From: Candidatus Deferrimicrobiaceae bacterium
GTDB lineage: Bacteria; Desulfobacterota; Deferrimicrobia; Deferrimicrobiales; Deferrimicrobiaceae
DNA: 64,000 nt
Assembly: GCA_963792415.1 (NCBI GenBank)
Contig: CAWBVY010000004.1
Location: forward strand, 352,001-416,000
Direction: 5' to 3'
Positions within the stretch are counted from its first letter, which is position 1. Each line of letters starts with the position of its first letter. This document shows positions 1 to 9,446 of this stretch, one piece after another. Made by a program: the position numbers and the translations under genes. The notes beneath the pieces were generated by a model, which was given only the letters and a program-made list of their open reading frames with translations, had not been told where the DNA came from and searched no databases.

Positions 1-522
1 ACGGGAACCCCGATCTCCTGCGATACCTGCCACAACGGGCTGGGGAGCGGATCCCTGAACCATTACAACCGCGCCAAATCCCGGGTATCGCCCGGGGACG
101 CGGCGTTTCTGACCACGTACAACGCGAAGACCGGAGCGTCGTCGTTCGACAACTCCGCCGCACTCAGCTGTTCGAACGTCAGCTGCCACGGGGGACAGGC
201 CACCCCCAACTGGCAGACGGGCGCGCTCAACGTGAACACCCAGTGCACGAATTGCCACGCCTCCGGAACGACGCAGTACAACGGCTACAGTTCCGGAGAG
301 CACTCGACGCATGTCGACGGGGAAGGTTTTCTTTGCACGGTATGCCACAACACCACCACGCTCGCGGTGAACCATTTCACCACGCTTGGCACCACGGCGA
401 TGGAGGGACCGGCTTCCGCGACCATCGGAGGTACGGGAACGAATGTAACCAGCTACTCGGCCCCATCGTGCACCCCCTCCTTGCCCGCTAGCCAGGGTTG
501 CCACGGGACCAGGTCCTGGTAG
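1..522 (+). CDS. CxxCH/CxxxxCH multiheme c-type cytochrome, 3' part (5' end outside window)
   Basis: Frame 1 is open from base 1 to TAG at 520-522. Motifs are CDTCH, CSNVSCH, CTNCH, CTVCH and a terminal CTPSLPASQGCH, with Thr/Ser/Asn-rich linkers. Confidence 0.88.
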   Translation, partial: TGTPISCDTCHNGLGSGSLNHYNRAKSRVSPGDAAFLTTYNAKTGASSFDNSAALSCSNVSCHGGQATPNWQTGALNVNTQCTNCHASGTTQYNGYSSGEHSTHVDGEGFLCTVCHNTTTLAVNHFTTLGTTAMEGPASATIGGTGTNVTSYSAPSCTPSLPASQGCHGTRSW

Positions 523-562
523 GAACGCCGGCTTCGCCGGCGCCGCGTTCCAAGGCGGGATC

Positions 563-603
563 CACGGAAGCCCCGGTCGAAACGACCGGGGCTTCCGTGT
601 TTC
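563..603 (+). terminator. Intrinsic terminator-like hairpin after the cytochrome gene
   Basis: Perfect 17-bp stem cacggaagccccggtcg-aaa-cgaccggggcttccgtg followed by a short T run. Confidence 0.7.
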
Positions 604-666
604 CGGAAAGGGGAGCCTCACGCATGAAGCCGGCGGAGATCTTCGGGATTGGTGTATAGTCCGGCG

Positions 667-1614
667 ATGCCTCGTCATGCTGGGGAAACGTCAACGCCTT
701 CCCGCGGCCGCGTCTACGCGGGGCTCGTCCTCACCATGTTCTTCTGGGGGAGCGCTTTCCCCACCTCGAAGATGCTGGTCCTCGAGGTGCCGCCGGAGGT
801 GGGGGCGGCCCTCCGGTTCGGCTTCGGCTCCCTGCTGATGATGGCGATCCTCTTCCGGCGGTCGGCGAAGCCGGTCCCCCCGCGGTCCGACTGGGGGCGT
901 CTGGCCGTCGTCGCGCTGGTCGGCGTGACCGGGTTCAACACCCTCTTCTTCCGCGGATTGTCCCTGGCCCCCGCCTCCGACGCGGGGATGATCATCCCCA
1001 CGATGTCTCCCGTCTTCACCGCGATGGCCGGGATGCTCTTCCTCGGCGAAGGGGTCCGCGTCGGCCGGGTCGCGGGCCTCGCCGTTGCGCTCGCGGGGGC
1101 GGCTCTCTTCTTCGGGGATGTCCTCCTCCACACGGCGGGGCAGGGGGGCCGGGTGTGGGGGGACGCGGCGCTCGTCGGTGCCGCGATGTGCTGGGCGGCG
1201 ACCTCCATCCTGTCGCGCCCGCTGTCGGTGCGGATCGGCGCGATGCCCACGGCCGCGTGGACGATCTTCCTCGGGAGCCTCGTCCTGCTGCTGGTCTCCT
1301 CCCCGAAGCTTGCCGCCGTGCCGTGGGGGGAACTCACGGGGCGCTTCTGGATCGTCCTGGCGTACGTGGTGATCTTCCCCACGGTGATCGCGTACATCCT
1401 GTGGATGGAGGGGATCCGGTCGATCGGGTCGGGGCCGACGACGTCGTTCATGTTCCTCGCGCCCATCTTCGCCCTGCTGATCGCCGCCGCGCTGCTCGGC
1501 GAGCGTCCCACGGCGCTGCAGGGGGCGGGCGGCGCGCTGATGCTCCTCGGCGTGTGGCTGGTGAATCGGCCCGGGGAAGGGAAGGCTAGGCGAGGATCGT
1601 CCGCAAGCCCCTGA
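667..1614 (+). CDS. DMT/EamA family transporter
   Basis: About 10 TM helices in two repeats, with the motifs FFWGSAF, ALRF, P-V-F-T and LGE. Start taken at ATG 667 (649 possible). Confidence 0.9.
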   Translation: MPRHAGETSTPSRGRVYAGLVLTMFFWGSAFPTSKMLVLEVPPEVGAALRFGFGSLLMMAILFRRSAKPVPPRSDWGRLAVVALVGVTGFNTLFFRGLSLAPASDAGMIIPTMSPVFTAMAGMLFLGEGVRVGRVAGLAVALAGAALFFGDVLLHTAGQGGRVWGDAALVGAAMCWAATSILSRPLSVRIGAMPTAAWTIFLGSLVLLLVSSPKLAAVPWGELTGRFWIVLAYVVIFPTVIAYILWMEGIRSIGSGPTTSFMFLAPIFALLIAAALLGERPTALQGAGGALMLLGVWLVNRPGEGKARRGSSASP

Positions 1615-2758
1615 CCAGCCGCTCGATTCCTTCGACGGCGGTCTTCTCCCGCAAGCTCCCGTAGGCGATCCGGAGCCAGCACCCCCGCGTCACGCCGAAC
1701 GTCTCCCCGGGGATGACGGCGACCCGGTGTTCCCGCACGAGCCGCTCCGACAGGGAGATCGCGCTCATCGCGGCGTGCACCTTCGCGAAGAAGTAGAAGG
1801 CGCCCGTCGCGGGAGGGACCTCCAGCAGGTCCGGAACGGAGGAGAGGCGCGCGAGGACCTCTTTCCGCACTCTCGCGAGGGAAGGGAGGTGCGCCTCGCA
1901 GTATCCGCGCCCTTCGCGCATCGCGCGCAGGCCGACGAACTGGGAGATCGCCGACCCGCAGACGACGACCGTGTCCTGGATCTTCATGAGGTCCCGGTGC
2001 AGGTGCTCCGGCGCCACGAGGAACCCGACCCGCCAGCTCGCCATCCCGTACGCCTTGGAGAGACTGTAGAGGGAGATCACGTGGTCGCCGCCGAGGGATC
2101 CGGGGGAGAAGTGCCGGGCGTCGTCGTACGTGAAATATTCGTACGCCTCGTCGCTGACGTGGTAGATCCCGCGCTCGGCGCAGAGCCGGTGGATCGCCGC
2201 CAGCGTCTCCCGGGGGTAGACCGCCCCGGTCGGGTTGTTCGGCGACACGGTGACGATCGCGCGCGTCCTCTCCGTGATCGCCGCGGCGATCGCGGGAAGG
2301 TCCGGCTGGAGCCGTTCGTCGACGGGGACCGGCACGGGAACCGCGGAGGCGAGGGTGACCGCCATCTCGTGGTTGAAGTAGTACGGGGAGAGGAGGATCA
2401 CCTCGTCCCCCGGGTCGCAGATCGCGAGGACCGCGTTGAGGAACGCCTGGTTCGCGCCGGCCGTCACGTAGATCCCGCGCTCGAAGGGGGCGTCGATCCC
2501 GTTCTCGGCGCGCAGCTTCCCTTCGAAGGCGCTCCGAAGCCCGGGGAGACCGGCGTCGGGGATGTACTGGTGGTGGGGAACGGTCGCGAGGAACTCGGGG
2601 ATCGCCGCGAGCGCGGCCGCCGGCGGCCCGTAGTGGACCACCCCCTGTCCCAGGGAGATCGTTCCCGGCGTCTCCGCGATCCACCCCGCCACGATCGGGA
2701 TGATGGGAAGCTGGACTCCCGCCGCGCGGATCGAGGGGACGATGCGGTCCGGCGTCAT
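1586..2758 (-). CDS. PLP-dependent aminotransferase, class I/II
   Basis: Motifs SLGQG, SPNNPTG, SDEAY and SLSKAYGMASWRVG. The ATG overlaps the upstream stop (ATGA). Confidence 0.92.
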   Translation of the reverse strand: MTPDRIVPSIRAAGVQLPIIPIVAGWIAETPGTISLGQGVVHYGPPAAALAAIPEFLATVPHHQYIPDAGLPGLRSAFEGKLRAENGIDAPFERGIYVTAGANQAFLNAVLAICDPGDEVILLSPYYFNHEMAVTLASAVPVPVPVDERLQPDLPAIAAAITERTRAIVTVSPNNPTGAVYPRETLAAIHRLCAERGIYHVSDEAYEYFTYDDARHFSPGSLGGDHVISLYSLSKAYGMASWRVGFLVAPEHLHRDLMKIQDTVVVCGSAISQFVGLRAMREGRGYCEAHLPSLARVRKEVLARLSSVPDLLEVPPATGAFYFFAKVHAAMSAISLSERLVREHRVAVIPGETFGVTRGCWLRIAYGSLREKTAVEGIERLVRGLRTILA

Positions 2759-3999
2759 CCTGCGTCGGGCGTCCCGGCGGCGGGGCTCTCGCACCCGGCA
2801 CCGGGATCCGGGGTCCGGTCGATGCACGGGAAGTAGATCCGGAACGCCGTCCCGTCCCCGGGGCGGCTGTCGACGGAGATGTACCCGCCGCTCTGCTTGA
2901 CGAAACCGTAGACCGCGGGGAGTTCCATCCCGTCGTCGCCCGGCTTGAGCGAGAAGAACGGTTCGAAGATCCGGTCGCGGGCCTCCGCGTCCATGCCGCA
3001 GCCGGTGTCCCGGACGGTGAGAAGCGCGTACCGGCCGCGGGCGGGCTCGATCCCCTCGATCGGCTCGACCTCTTCGACCGCGGTCGTGATCACACGGAGC
3101 TCCCCCCCGCCGGGCATCGCGTCGCGGGCATTGGCGACGAGGTCGGTCAGCGCTCGACGCAGATGATCGGGGTCGACCCGGATCGTTCCCACGTCGTCGC
3201 CCGGGGAGAAGGTGAATCGGACGGAGCGGCCCGCGAGGTCGCGCACCGTCGTCGAGAGGCTGGAAAGGAAGAGGTTCACGTCCACCTCCCGGGGGCGAAG
3301 GACCTGAAGCCGGCTGAAGGCGAGCATTTGCCGGGTCAGCTCCGCCGCGCGCTCCCCCGCGCCGCGGATCTTCACGATCTCCTCGTGGAGGGGATCGCCC
3401 CCCGGCACCCGGGTCAGGAGGTGTTCGCTGTACCCCATCACCACGGTCATCAGGTTGTTCAGGCGGTGCGCCAGTCCCCCCGCCATGCGGCCGATCGCCT
3501 CGAACTTCTGCACCTGCCGCAGGCGCTCCGCGTTTCTCCGGATCGTCTCCTCGGCCTGCTTCCTCGCGGTGATGTCCCGGTCGACCCCCCGGTACCCCCG
3601 GAACCTCCCGTTCGCGTCGAAGAACGGGTGGCCGCTCGTCTCGAGCACGACCAGGTGGCCGTCCCTGTGCAGGTTGGCGTTCTCGATCGCCGGGAACGGC
3701 TCCTGTCTGGCGGCGAGCGGGCCGAAGATCTCCTTCACCCGGAGGGCCTCATCGGGTGGCATCAGGTCGAAGGGGGTCTTCCCGAGGATTTCCCCCGGCT
3801 CGTACCCGAGGAGATCCCGGATCTTCGTGCCGACGAACGTGTAGACGGTGTTCTCGTCCACCTCCCAGACCCAGTCGGAGACGGTCTCCACGAGGGCACG
3901 GTACCTCTCCTCGCTCTCCCGCAGTGCGGCGTTCGCTTCCGCAAGGTCCCTCGGGGGGACGCCCTCCCGGTTCCCACGGTCATCCATGTCGGTGGTCAC
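2755..3999 (-). CDS. PAS-domain sensor histidine kinase (degenerate H+1 and G2 boxes)
   Basis: PAS/PAC (RDITARK), HisKA-like AGGLAHRLNN, N-box NARDAM, DTGCGM and IFEPFF. GTG start overlaps the upstream TGA. Confidence 0.85.
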   Translation of the reverse strand: MTTDMDDRGNREGVPPRDLAEANAALRESEERYRALVETVSDWVWEVDENTVYTFVGTKIRDLLGYEPGEILGKTPFDLMPPDEALRVKEIFGPLAARQEPFPAIENANLHRDGHLVVLETSGHPFFDANGRFRGYRGVDRDITARKQAEETIRRNAERLRQVQKFEAIGRMAGGLAHRLNNLMTVVMGYSEHLLTRVPGGDPLHEEIVKIRGAGERAAELTRQMLAFSRLQVLRPREVDVNLFLSSLSTTVRDLAGRSVRFTFSPGDDVGTIRVDPDHLRRALTDLVANARDAMPGGGELRVITTAVEEVEPIEGIEPARGRYALLTVRDTGCGMDAEARDRIFEPFFSLKPGDDGMELPAVYGFVKQSGGYISVDSRPGDGTAFRIYFPCIDRTPDPGAGCESPAAGTPDAG

Positions 4000-5147
4000 G
4001 GAGACCCCTTCTCTTGATCGGAGCGGACGATGTCCACGACCGTGACCTCCGGAGGGGCGAGGAACCGCATCGGGGGCCCCCACGTTCCCGTCCCCCGGCT
4101 CACGTGCAGGGTCCCGCCTCCCGGGACGGGGTGGTCCCCCGCAAGGAGGGGGAAGACCAGCCGGGTGAGGAGGCGGAACGGAAAGATCTGTCCGTGGTGG
4201 GTATGTCCCGAGAGCTGAAGGTCGAATTTCCCTCCCGGGTCCAGTTGGGGGCGGTGCTTGAGGAGGAGCGTGAACCGTTCACCCGGTGGATTCCCCAGGA
4301 TGGCGGCTTCGGACGGGCCGCCCGTTCGCCCGAACCGTGCCCCGGCGGGATCGTCGACTCCCGCGATGCGGACCGCGTCGTCGATCGTCACGGATTCGTT
4401 CCGAAGGAGCGTGAACCCCGCCTTCCGGGTGAATGCGATCGCACGGTCGATCCCCGCGTAATATTCGTGGTTCCCGAGGACCGCGAATTTCCCTCGCGGC
4501 GCCGGGATCCCGCGCAGGATCTCCGCCAACCCCGCGATGCCGTCCAGCTGCCCGTCCACGAGGTCCCCCGTCGACACGAAGATGTCCGGGTGTTCGCGGG
4601 CGACGATCGTCGCGACCTCCCTGGCCTTGCCGTTCCGGTGGATGAGGCCGAGGTGGAGGTCGGTGATCTGCGCGATCCGAACGGAGGGGACGGACGCCGG
4701 GAGCCGGTCCGTGACGATGCGCACCCGGACGACTTCGATGCGGGACGCCTCGACGATGGCGTACGCCGAAAGCGCGACGGCGAGCATGGCGATGCAGAGA
4801 AACGCGGGGAGACCCGCAAGCCCCCTCGCGGCGTTCGCGGCGATCCCGTCGGGTCCCATGGCCCTCAGGGGCAGGCGGAGGAGGTCGACGGAGAGGTTCA
4901 GGCAGACGAAGAAGAAGAGAAATCCCATCCAGAGGTAGCCGACGTGCGAGACGAACCGCGCCCCGTCCTCGTAGCCGTGGCGACTCAGGTGGTGCGTTAC
5001 GATCGGCGCGCACAGGAGGACCGTGAAGAGGAGGAGAAGCGCGAGCGTCGTCCCGGGACCGGGTGCCAGCACCGATCTCGCCTTGAGAAGGGCGTAGGCG
5101 TGCATGGAACCGTAGACCAGGAAGAACGAAAGGAGGAACAGGCTCAT
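3996..5147 (-). CDS. Membrane-anchored metallophosphoesterase (YkuE-like)
   Basis: N-terminal TM segments plus DLHLG, GDLVD, GNHE, SGHTHHGQ and SRGTGTWGPPMR. Confidence 0.92.
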   Translation of the reverse strand: MSLFLLSFFLVYGSMHAYALLKARSVLAPGPGTTLALLLLFTVLLCAPIVTHHLSRHGYEDGARFVSHVGYLWMGFLFFFVCLNLSVDLLRLPLRAMGPDGIAANAARGLAGLPAFLCIAMLAVALSAYAIVEASRIEVVRVRIVTDRLPASVPSVRIAQITDLHLGLIHRNGKAREVATIVAREHPDIFVSTGDLVDGQLDGIAGLAEILRGIPAPRGKFAVLGNHEYYAGIDRAIAFTRKAGFTLLRNESVTIDDAVRIAGVDDPAGARFGRTGGPSEAAILGNPPGERFTLLLKHRPQLDPGGKFDLQLSGHTHHGQIFPFRLLTRLVFPLLAGDHPVPGGGTLHVSRGTGTWGPPMRFLAPPEVTVVDIVRSDQEKGSP

Positions 5148-5200
5148 GTCGAATGTGCGATAATCACCCGGTACGAGGACCGGTCCCGACGGAGGAGAGC

Positions 5201-5470
5201 TTGCCCACCTACGAGTACAAATGCCCCGAATGCGGGGAGTTCGAGAAGGAGCAGCGGATGTCCGCCCCGCCGCTCAAGAAGTGCCCCCATTGCGGCAAGG
5301 CGGTCACCCGGCTGGTCGGCGGCGGCGGCGGATTCGTGCTGAAGGGCTCCAACTGGGTCTCCAAGATGTCCTCTCCGGGGGAATCCATGAAAAAGAAATC
5401 CGACCGGTTCATGAAGCAGACCGTGGGAGAGGTCGCCGAAGACATCGCGAAGCACTCGCGTTCGCATTAG
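5201..5470 (+). CDS. FmdB family zinc-ribbon protein
   Basis: TTG start after GGAGGAG. Sequence PTYEYKCPECG...CPHCG...FVLKGSNW. Confidence 0.88.
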   Translation: MPTYEYKCPECGEFEKEQRMSAPPLKKCPHCGKAVTRLVGGGGGFVLKGSNWVSKMSSPGESMKKKSDRFMKQTVGEVAEDIAKHSRSH

Positions 5471-6198
5471 ACGGGCACGGTGAGCAGGACGGAGCGGGGG
5501 ACGCCCCGCGAAAGTTCGACCAGCTCCCCGTCCGCGAGGAGACGCCACCCGGGATCCGCGTCCAGCGGCTCGCTCGCGACGACCGCGAGCCCGTCCCCGG
5601 AGTTCAGGTACAACGTGTAATATTCCCCGTTCCTTTGGTACCGCCGGAACGCGAAGAGTTCTTTGCCGGCTGCGATCAGGAGGTTCGCCGCGGAATATTC
5701 CCCCACCAGTTCGCGGGAGGAGAGAATCCTCCGAAGGGTTTCCGATAATCCCTCCAGCGTCCGTTCCATCCACCGGTTCTCGAGGAGTTCCAGGAATACC
5801 ACGGTGTCGCTGACCTTTCGTGCGTCTCCCTCCGCGCCGATCTTCCCGTAAAAGGTGCCATTGTGCGCGAGGGTCACGCCCAGCGCCTGGAACGGGTGCG
5901 AGTTTGCCGCGAAAACGGTTTCCGGATTCGAAGCGTACCGGACGTGGCCGATGAACCGGTCGGTCACGGCGTTCATCTCGGACAGGAGCGGGTCGGACGC
6001 GGCGGGATTCCCGCTTTTCACCATCCGGATCTCGTCCCCCGCGCGCCAGGCGACCCCCCACCCGTCCGGATGGTTCCCTCCCGGGCGCTTCTCCCAGCCC
6101 GCGACGAGGTTCCCCGATTCGCAGAACCGCGCAAGGGAGGCGAGGTACGGGGAGACGTCCCGCGGTTCGCTCGACGAAAACGCGATCATCCGGCACAT
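5467..6198 (-). CDS. Class II glutamine amidotransferase-like protein (YafJ/EgtC-like)
   Basis: N-terminal MCR (Ntn Cys), HPDGWG, HVRYAS, NSHPF, AHNG, SDT and VASEPL. Confidence 0.88.
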   Translation of the reverse strand: MCRMIAFSSSEPRDVSPYLASLARFCESGNLVAGWEKRPGGNHPDGWGVAWRAGDEIRMVKSGNPAASDPLLSEMNAVTDRFIGHVRYASNPETVFAANSHPFQALGVTLAHNGTFYGKIGAEGDARKVSDTVVFLELLENRWMERTLEGLSETLRRILSSRELVGEYSAANLLIAAGKELFAFRRYQRNGEYYTLYLNSGDGLAVVASEPLDADPGWRLLADGELVELSRGVPRSVLLTVPV

Positions 6199-6283
6199 GC
6201 CTACATGATAACCGCTTCCGACACCCGCGGGGAGCCCCTGCGGAGAATCGGTCTCACGGCGGGTGTCCGGGTGAGGTGTTCGC

Positions 6284-6784
6284 CTACTTCAGCGTGCGCA
6301 GGTACGCGACGACGAGCCAGCGCTCCTTCGCGGTGAGGTCGGAGCGGAACGGGGGCATGCCGTTCCATCCGTGCGTCACGATGGCGAACAGCAGCCCTTC
6401 GGGGGCCTGCCCGAATCCCGTTGCCGAGATGTCCACGGGGGTCGGGACGAACTTCTTCGCCACGGGCCCGTCGCCCTTGCCCGAGGCGCCGTGGCACGGT
6501 GCGCAGTAGATGCCGAACAGCTCTTTCCCGGTGAGGAGGGAGAAGTCGGTCGCCTTCTCCGGATTCCTGAGGGCCGCGGCCTCCGGGGTCCCCGGCATCG
6601 GGGTGTGCTCCAACCCCTTCGTCGGGACGGAGCCCGCAGGGGGAAGGCGCACCGGCTCCTCCTGGGGGCGGAACGCCGGGTTGTCGTACATGTTCCGGTC
6701 GAGCTTCTCGCAGCCGGCGAGGAGCGCCATGCCGAGGAGGGCGGCGACGAAAACGGCGAGCCGGGCGGGGGGGATTCTCCTCAC
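6284..6784 (-). CDS. actE: Monoheme cytochrome c lipoprotein, ActE-like
   Basis: Lipobox LLAGC, MYDNPAFRPQE, a single CAPCH and a distal MP. GTG is coupled to the upstream stop. Confidence 0.82.
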   Translation of the reverse strand: MRRIPPARLAVFVAALLGMALLAGCEKLDRNMYDNPAFRPQEEPVRLPPAGSVPTKGLEHTPMPGTPEAAALRNPEKATDFSLLTGKELFGIYCAPCHGASGKGDGPVAKKFVPTPVDISATGFGQAPEGLLFAIVTHGWNGMPPFRSDLTAKERWLVVAYLRTLK

Positions 6785-7305
6785 AGTTCCCCCTCCTCGG
6801 GCCGCACGTCGATCCCGCCGGCGGATTTCATCGCATCCATCGCCCGTCCCGCCTGCTCGTCGCCGGAGACCCGCGCGCACAGCAGGATCTTCCCCTCCTG
6901 GATCCGCGGGTCGTGGATCAGCCGGGTGCGGAACCGGCAAAGCCCCATCTCCCGGAACCCCGCGATGACCGTTCCCGCCAGCGCGCCGAGCATCGCAACC
7001 TCGTAGGTGATGATCAGGGTCGGGGGAACGGAGATGATCGCCTTCCCGCCCGTGATCAGCGGGTAGAGCAGGTAGGTTCCCAGCGCGAGGGAAAGCCCCG
7101 CGAGCGCGCCGACGAACCAGCCGACGAGCGTGACCCTGGGGAACCCGATCCCGCGCGGGTCCCTGCAGACGGCGCCGTCCGGGAGCGGCATGGGGGAGAG
7201 GGTCGTGACGTCCCCCTCCGGAAGGGGGAGGGCGCGCAAGGCGCGCGCCGCCGCCGCCGCCGGAGCGACCGCGTCGAACAGCCCGACGACCACGATGCCG
7301 TTCAT
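6781..7305 (-). CDS. actD: DUF3341 / ActD-like membrane subunit
   Basis: Two TMs, TLSPMP, GGKAIISVPPTLIITYEV and HDPRI. Lies between the nrfD-like and cytochrome genes. Confidence 0.85.
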   Translation of the reverse strand: MNGIVVVGLFDAVAPAAAAARALRALPLPEGDVTTLSPMPLPDGAVCRDPRGIGFPRVTLVGWFVGALAGLSLALGTYLLYPLITGGKAIISVPPTLIITYEVAMLGALAGTVIAGFREMGLCRFRTRLIHDPRIQEGKILLCARVSGDEQAGRAMDAMKSAGGIDVRPEEGEL

Positions 7306-8692
7306 CCGTGCCCCCCTTTCCCCGTGTCGTGCGGCATGGCGATCGACTCGACCGTCACGTCGCCGATCTTCCGGTCGGAGGTGTGGAAGAGGTGCTCCTG
7401 GATGTCGCTGATCGCCATGATCGGGAAGAGCTTGGTGAAGACGGTGTACAGCAGGAGGAACATGGCCAGCGCGCCGGCCATGATCGAGAACTCCACCCAG
7501 GAGGGGAAGTAGTTGTGCCAGATGAACGGGTCGTTGCGCCGCGCCAGCGACGGGACGACGATCAGGAACCGCTCGGCGTACATGCCGATCACGACGAGGA
7601 GGGAGACGAAGCTCAGGGCGGGGACCGAGCGGCGCACCCTGCGCATGCACAGCAGCGGGAAGGAGACGACGAAGTTGCACCCGATCATGACGAGGAACAG
7701 GGGGAGGTAGTCGCCCGCGTAGGAGCGGAAAACCTCCCACTCCTCGGGGTTCCGGTTGTACCAGACGGTGAGGAAGTCCGAGAAGTAGAAGTAGCCCCAC
7801 AGGAGCGACATGGTGCACAGCAGCTTTCCGAGGTTCTCGAACTGCACGACCGTGAGCACCCGCTCCAGGCGGAACACCTTCCGGAGCGCCGCCATGACGA
7901 TCACCACGGCGGCGATCCCGGAGAAGATCGCGCCCGTGACGAAGTAGGGGGCGAAGATCGTGCTGTGCCACCCGGGGACCTTCGCCATCGCGAAGTCCCA
8001 GCCGACGATCGAGTGGACCGAGACGGCCACCGGGATGATGAGGATCGCGAAGATCGTCGAGGCGACGTGGTAGCGCCGCCACTCGTTGTGGGACCCCCGG
8101 AACCCCAGCGCGAGCACGGTGTAGAACTTCTTCCTCCACCCCGTCGCGTGGTCGCGTGCGATCGCCAGGTCGGGGATCATCCCGAAGTAGAGGAAGGTGA
8201 GGCTCCCGAGCAGGTACGTGTTGATCGCCACCGCGTCCCACATGAGGGGGGATCGGAGGTTGGGCCACAACTGCCGCGAGTTGGGGTAGGGGATCATGTA
8301 GTAGAACCGCCAGTTCCGCCCGATGTGGATCAGCGGGAAGAGTCCGCCGACCATCAGCGTGAAGGCGGTCAACGCCTCCGCCCCGCGAAGGATGGGGGCG
8401 CGCCAGGTGGCGTTGGTGAGGCGGAGGATGGCGGAGATGAGGGTGCCCGAGTGGGACAGGCCGATCCAGAAGACGAAGGATCCGATGAAGGAGCCCCACA
8501 TGACGGGGCGGTTGAGCCCGGTGACCCCCATCCCGGTCTTCATCATGTAGACGAAGCAGCCGATCCCCCAGAGGGCGACGATCGCCAGCAGCCCCATCCC
8601 CATCCACCACTTTTTCGTGGCGGGGAGGTTCGACCGGGAGAGCTCCCGATAGAGCGCGCCCGGGTCGGTCCGGGAGAGATGGTCGCTCCCGT

Positions 8693-8696
<4 letters not shown>
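7302..8696 (-). CDS. actC: NrfD/PsrC-family quinol-interacting subunit, ActC-like
   Basis: FVFWIGLSHSGTLISAILRL, HIGRNW, NLRSPLMWD, SVHSIVGWDFA and WHSTIFAPYFVTGAIFSG. Confidence 0.92.
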
Positions 8697-9391
<695 letters not shown>

Positions 9392-9446
9392 CGCTTCTAC
9401 CGCCCCCCGTCCGCGAAACGTGGATGTTCCCGGGAACTCCCGGGGG

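Noticed and set aside
1586-1614. 29-bp convergent overlap of the EamA and aminotransferase genes
   Set aside because: Short tail-to-tail overlaps are common in compact GC-rich genomes.
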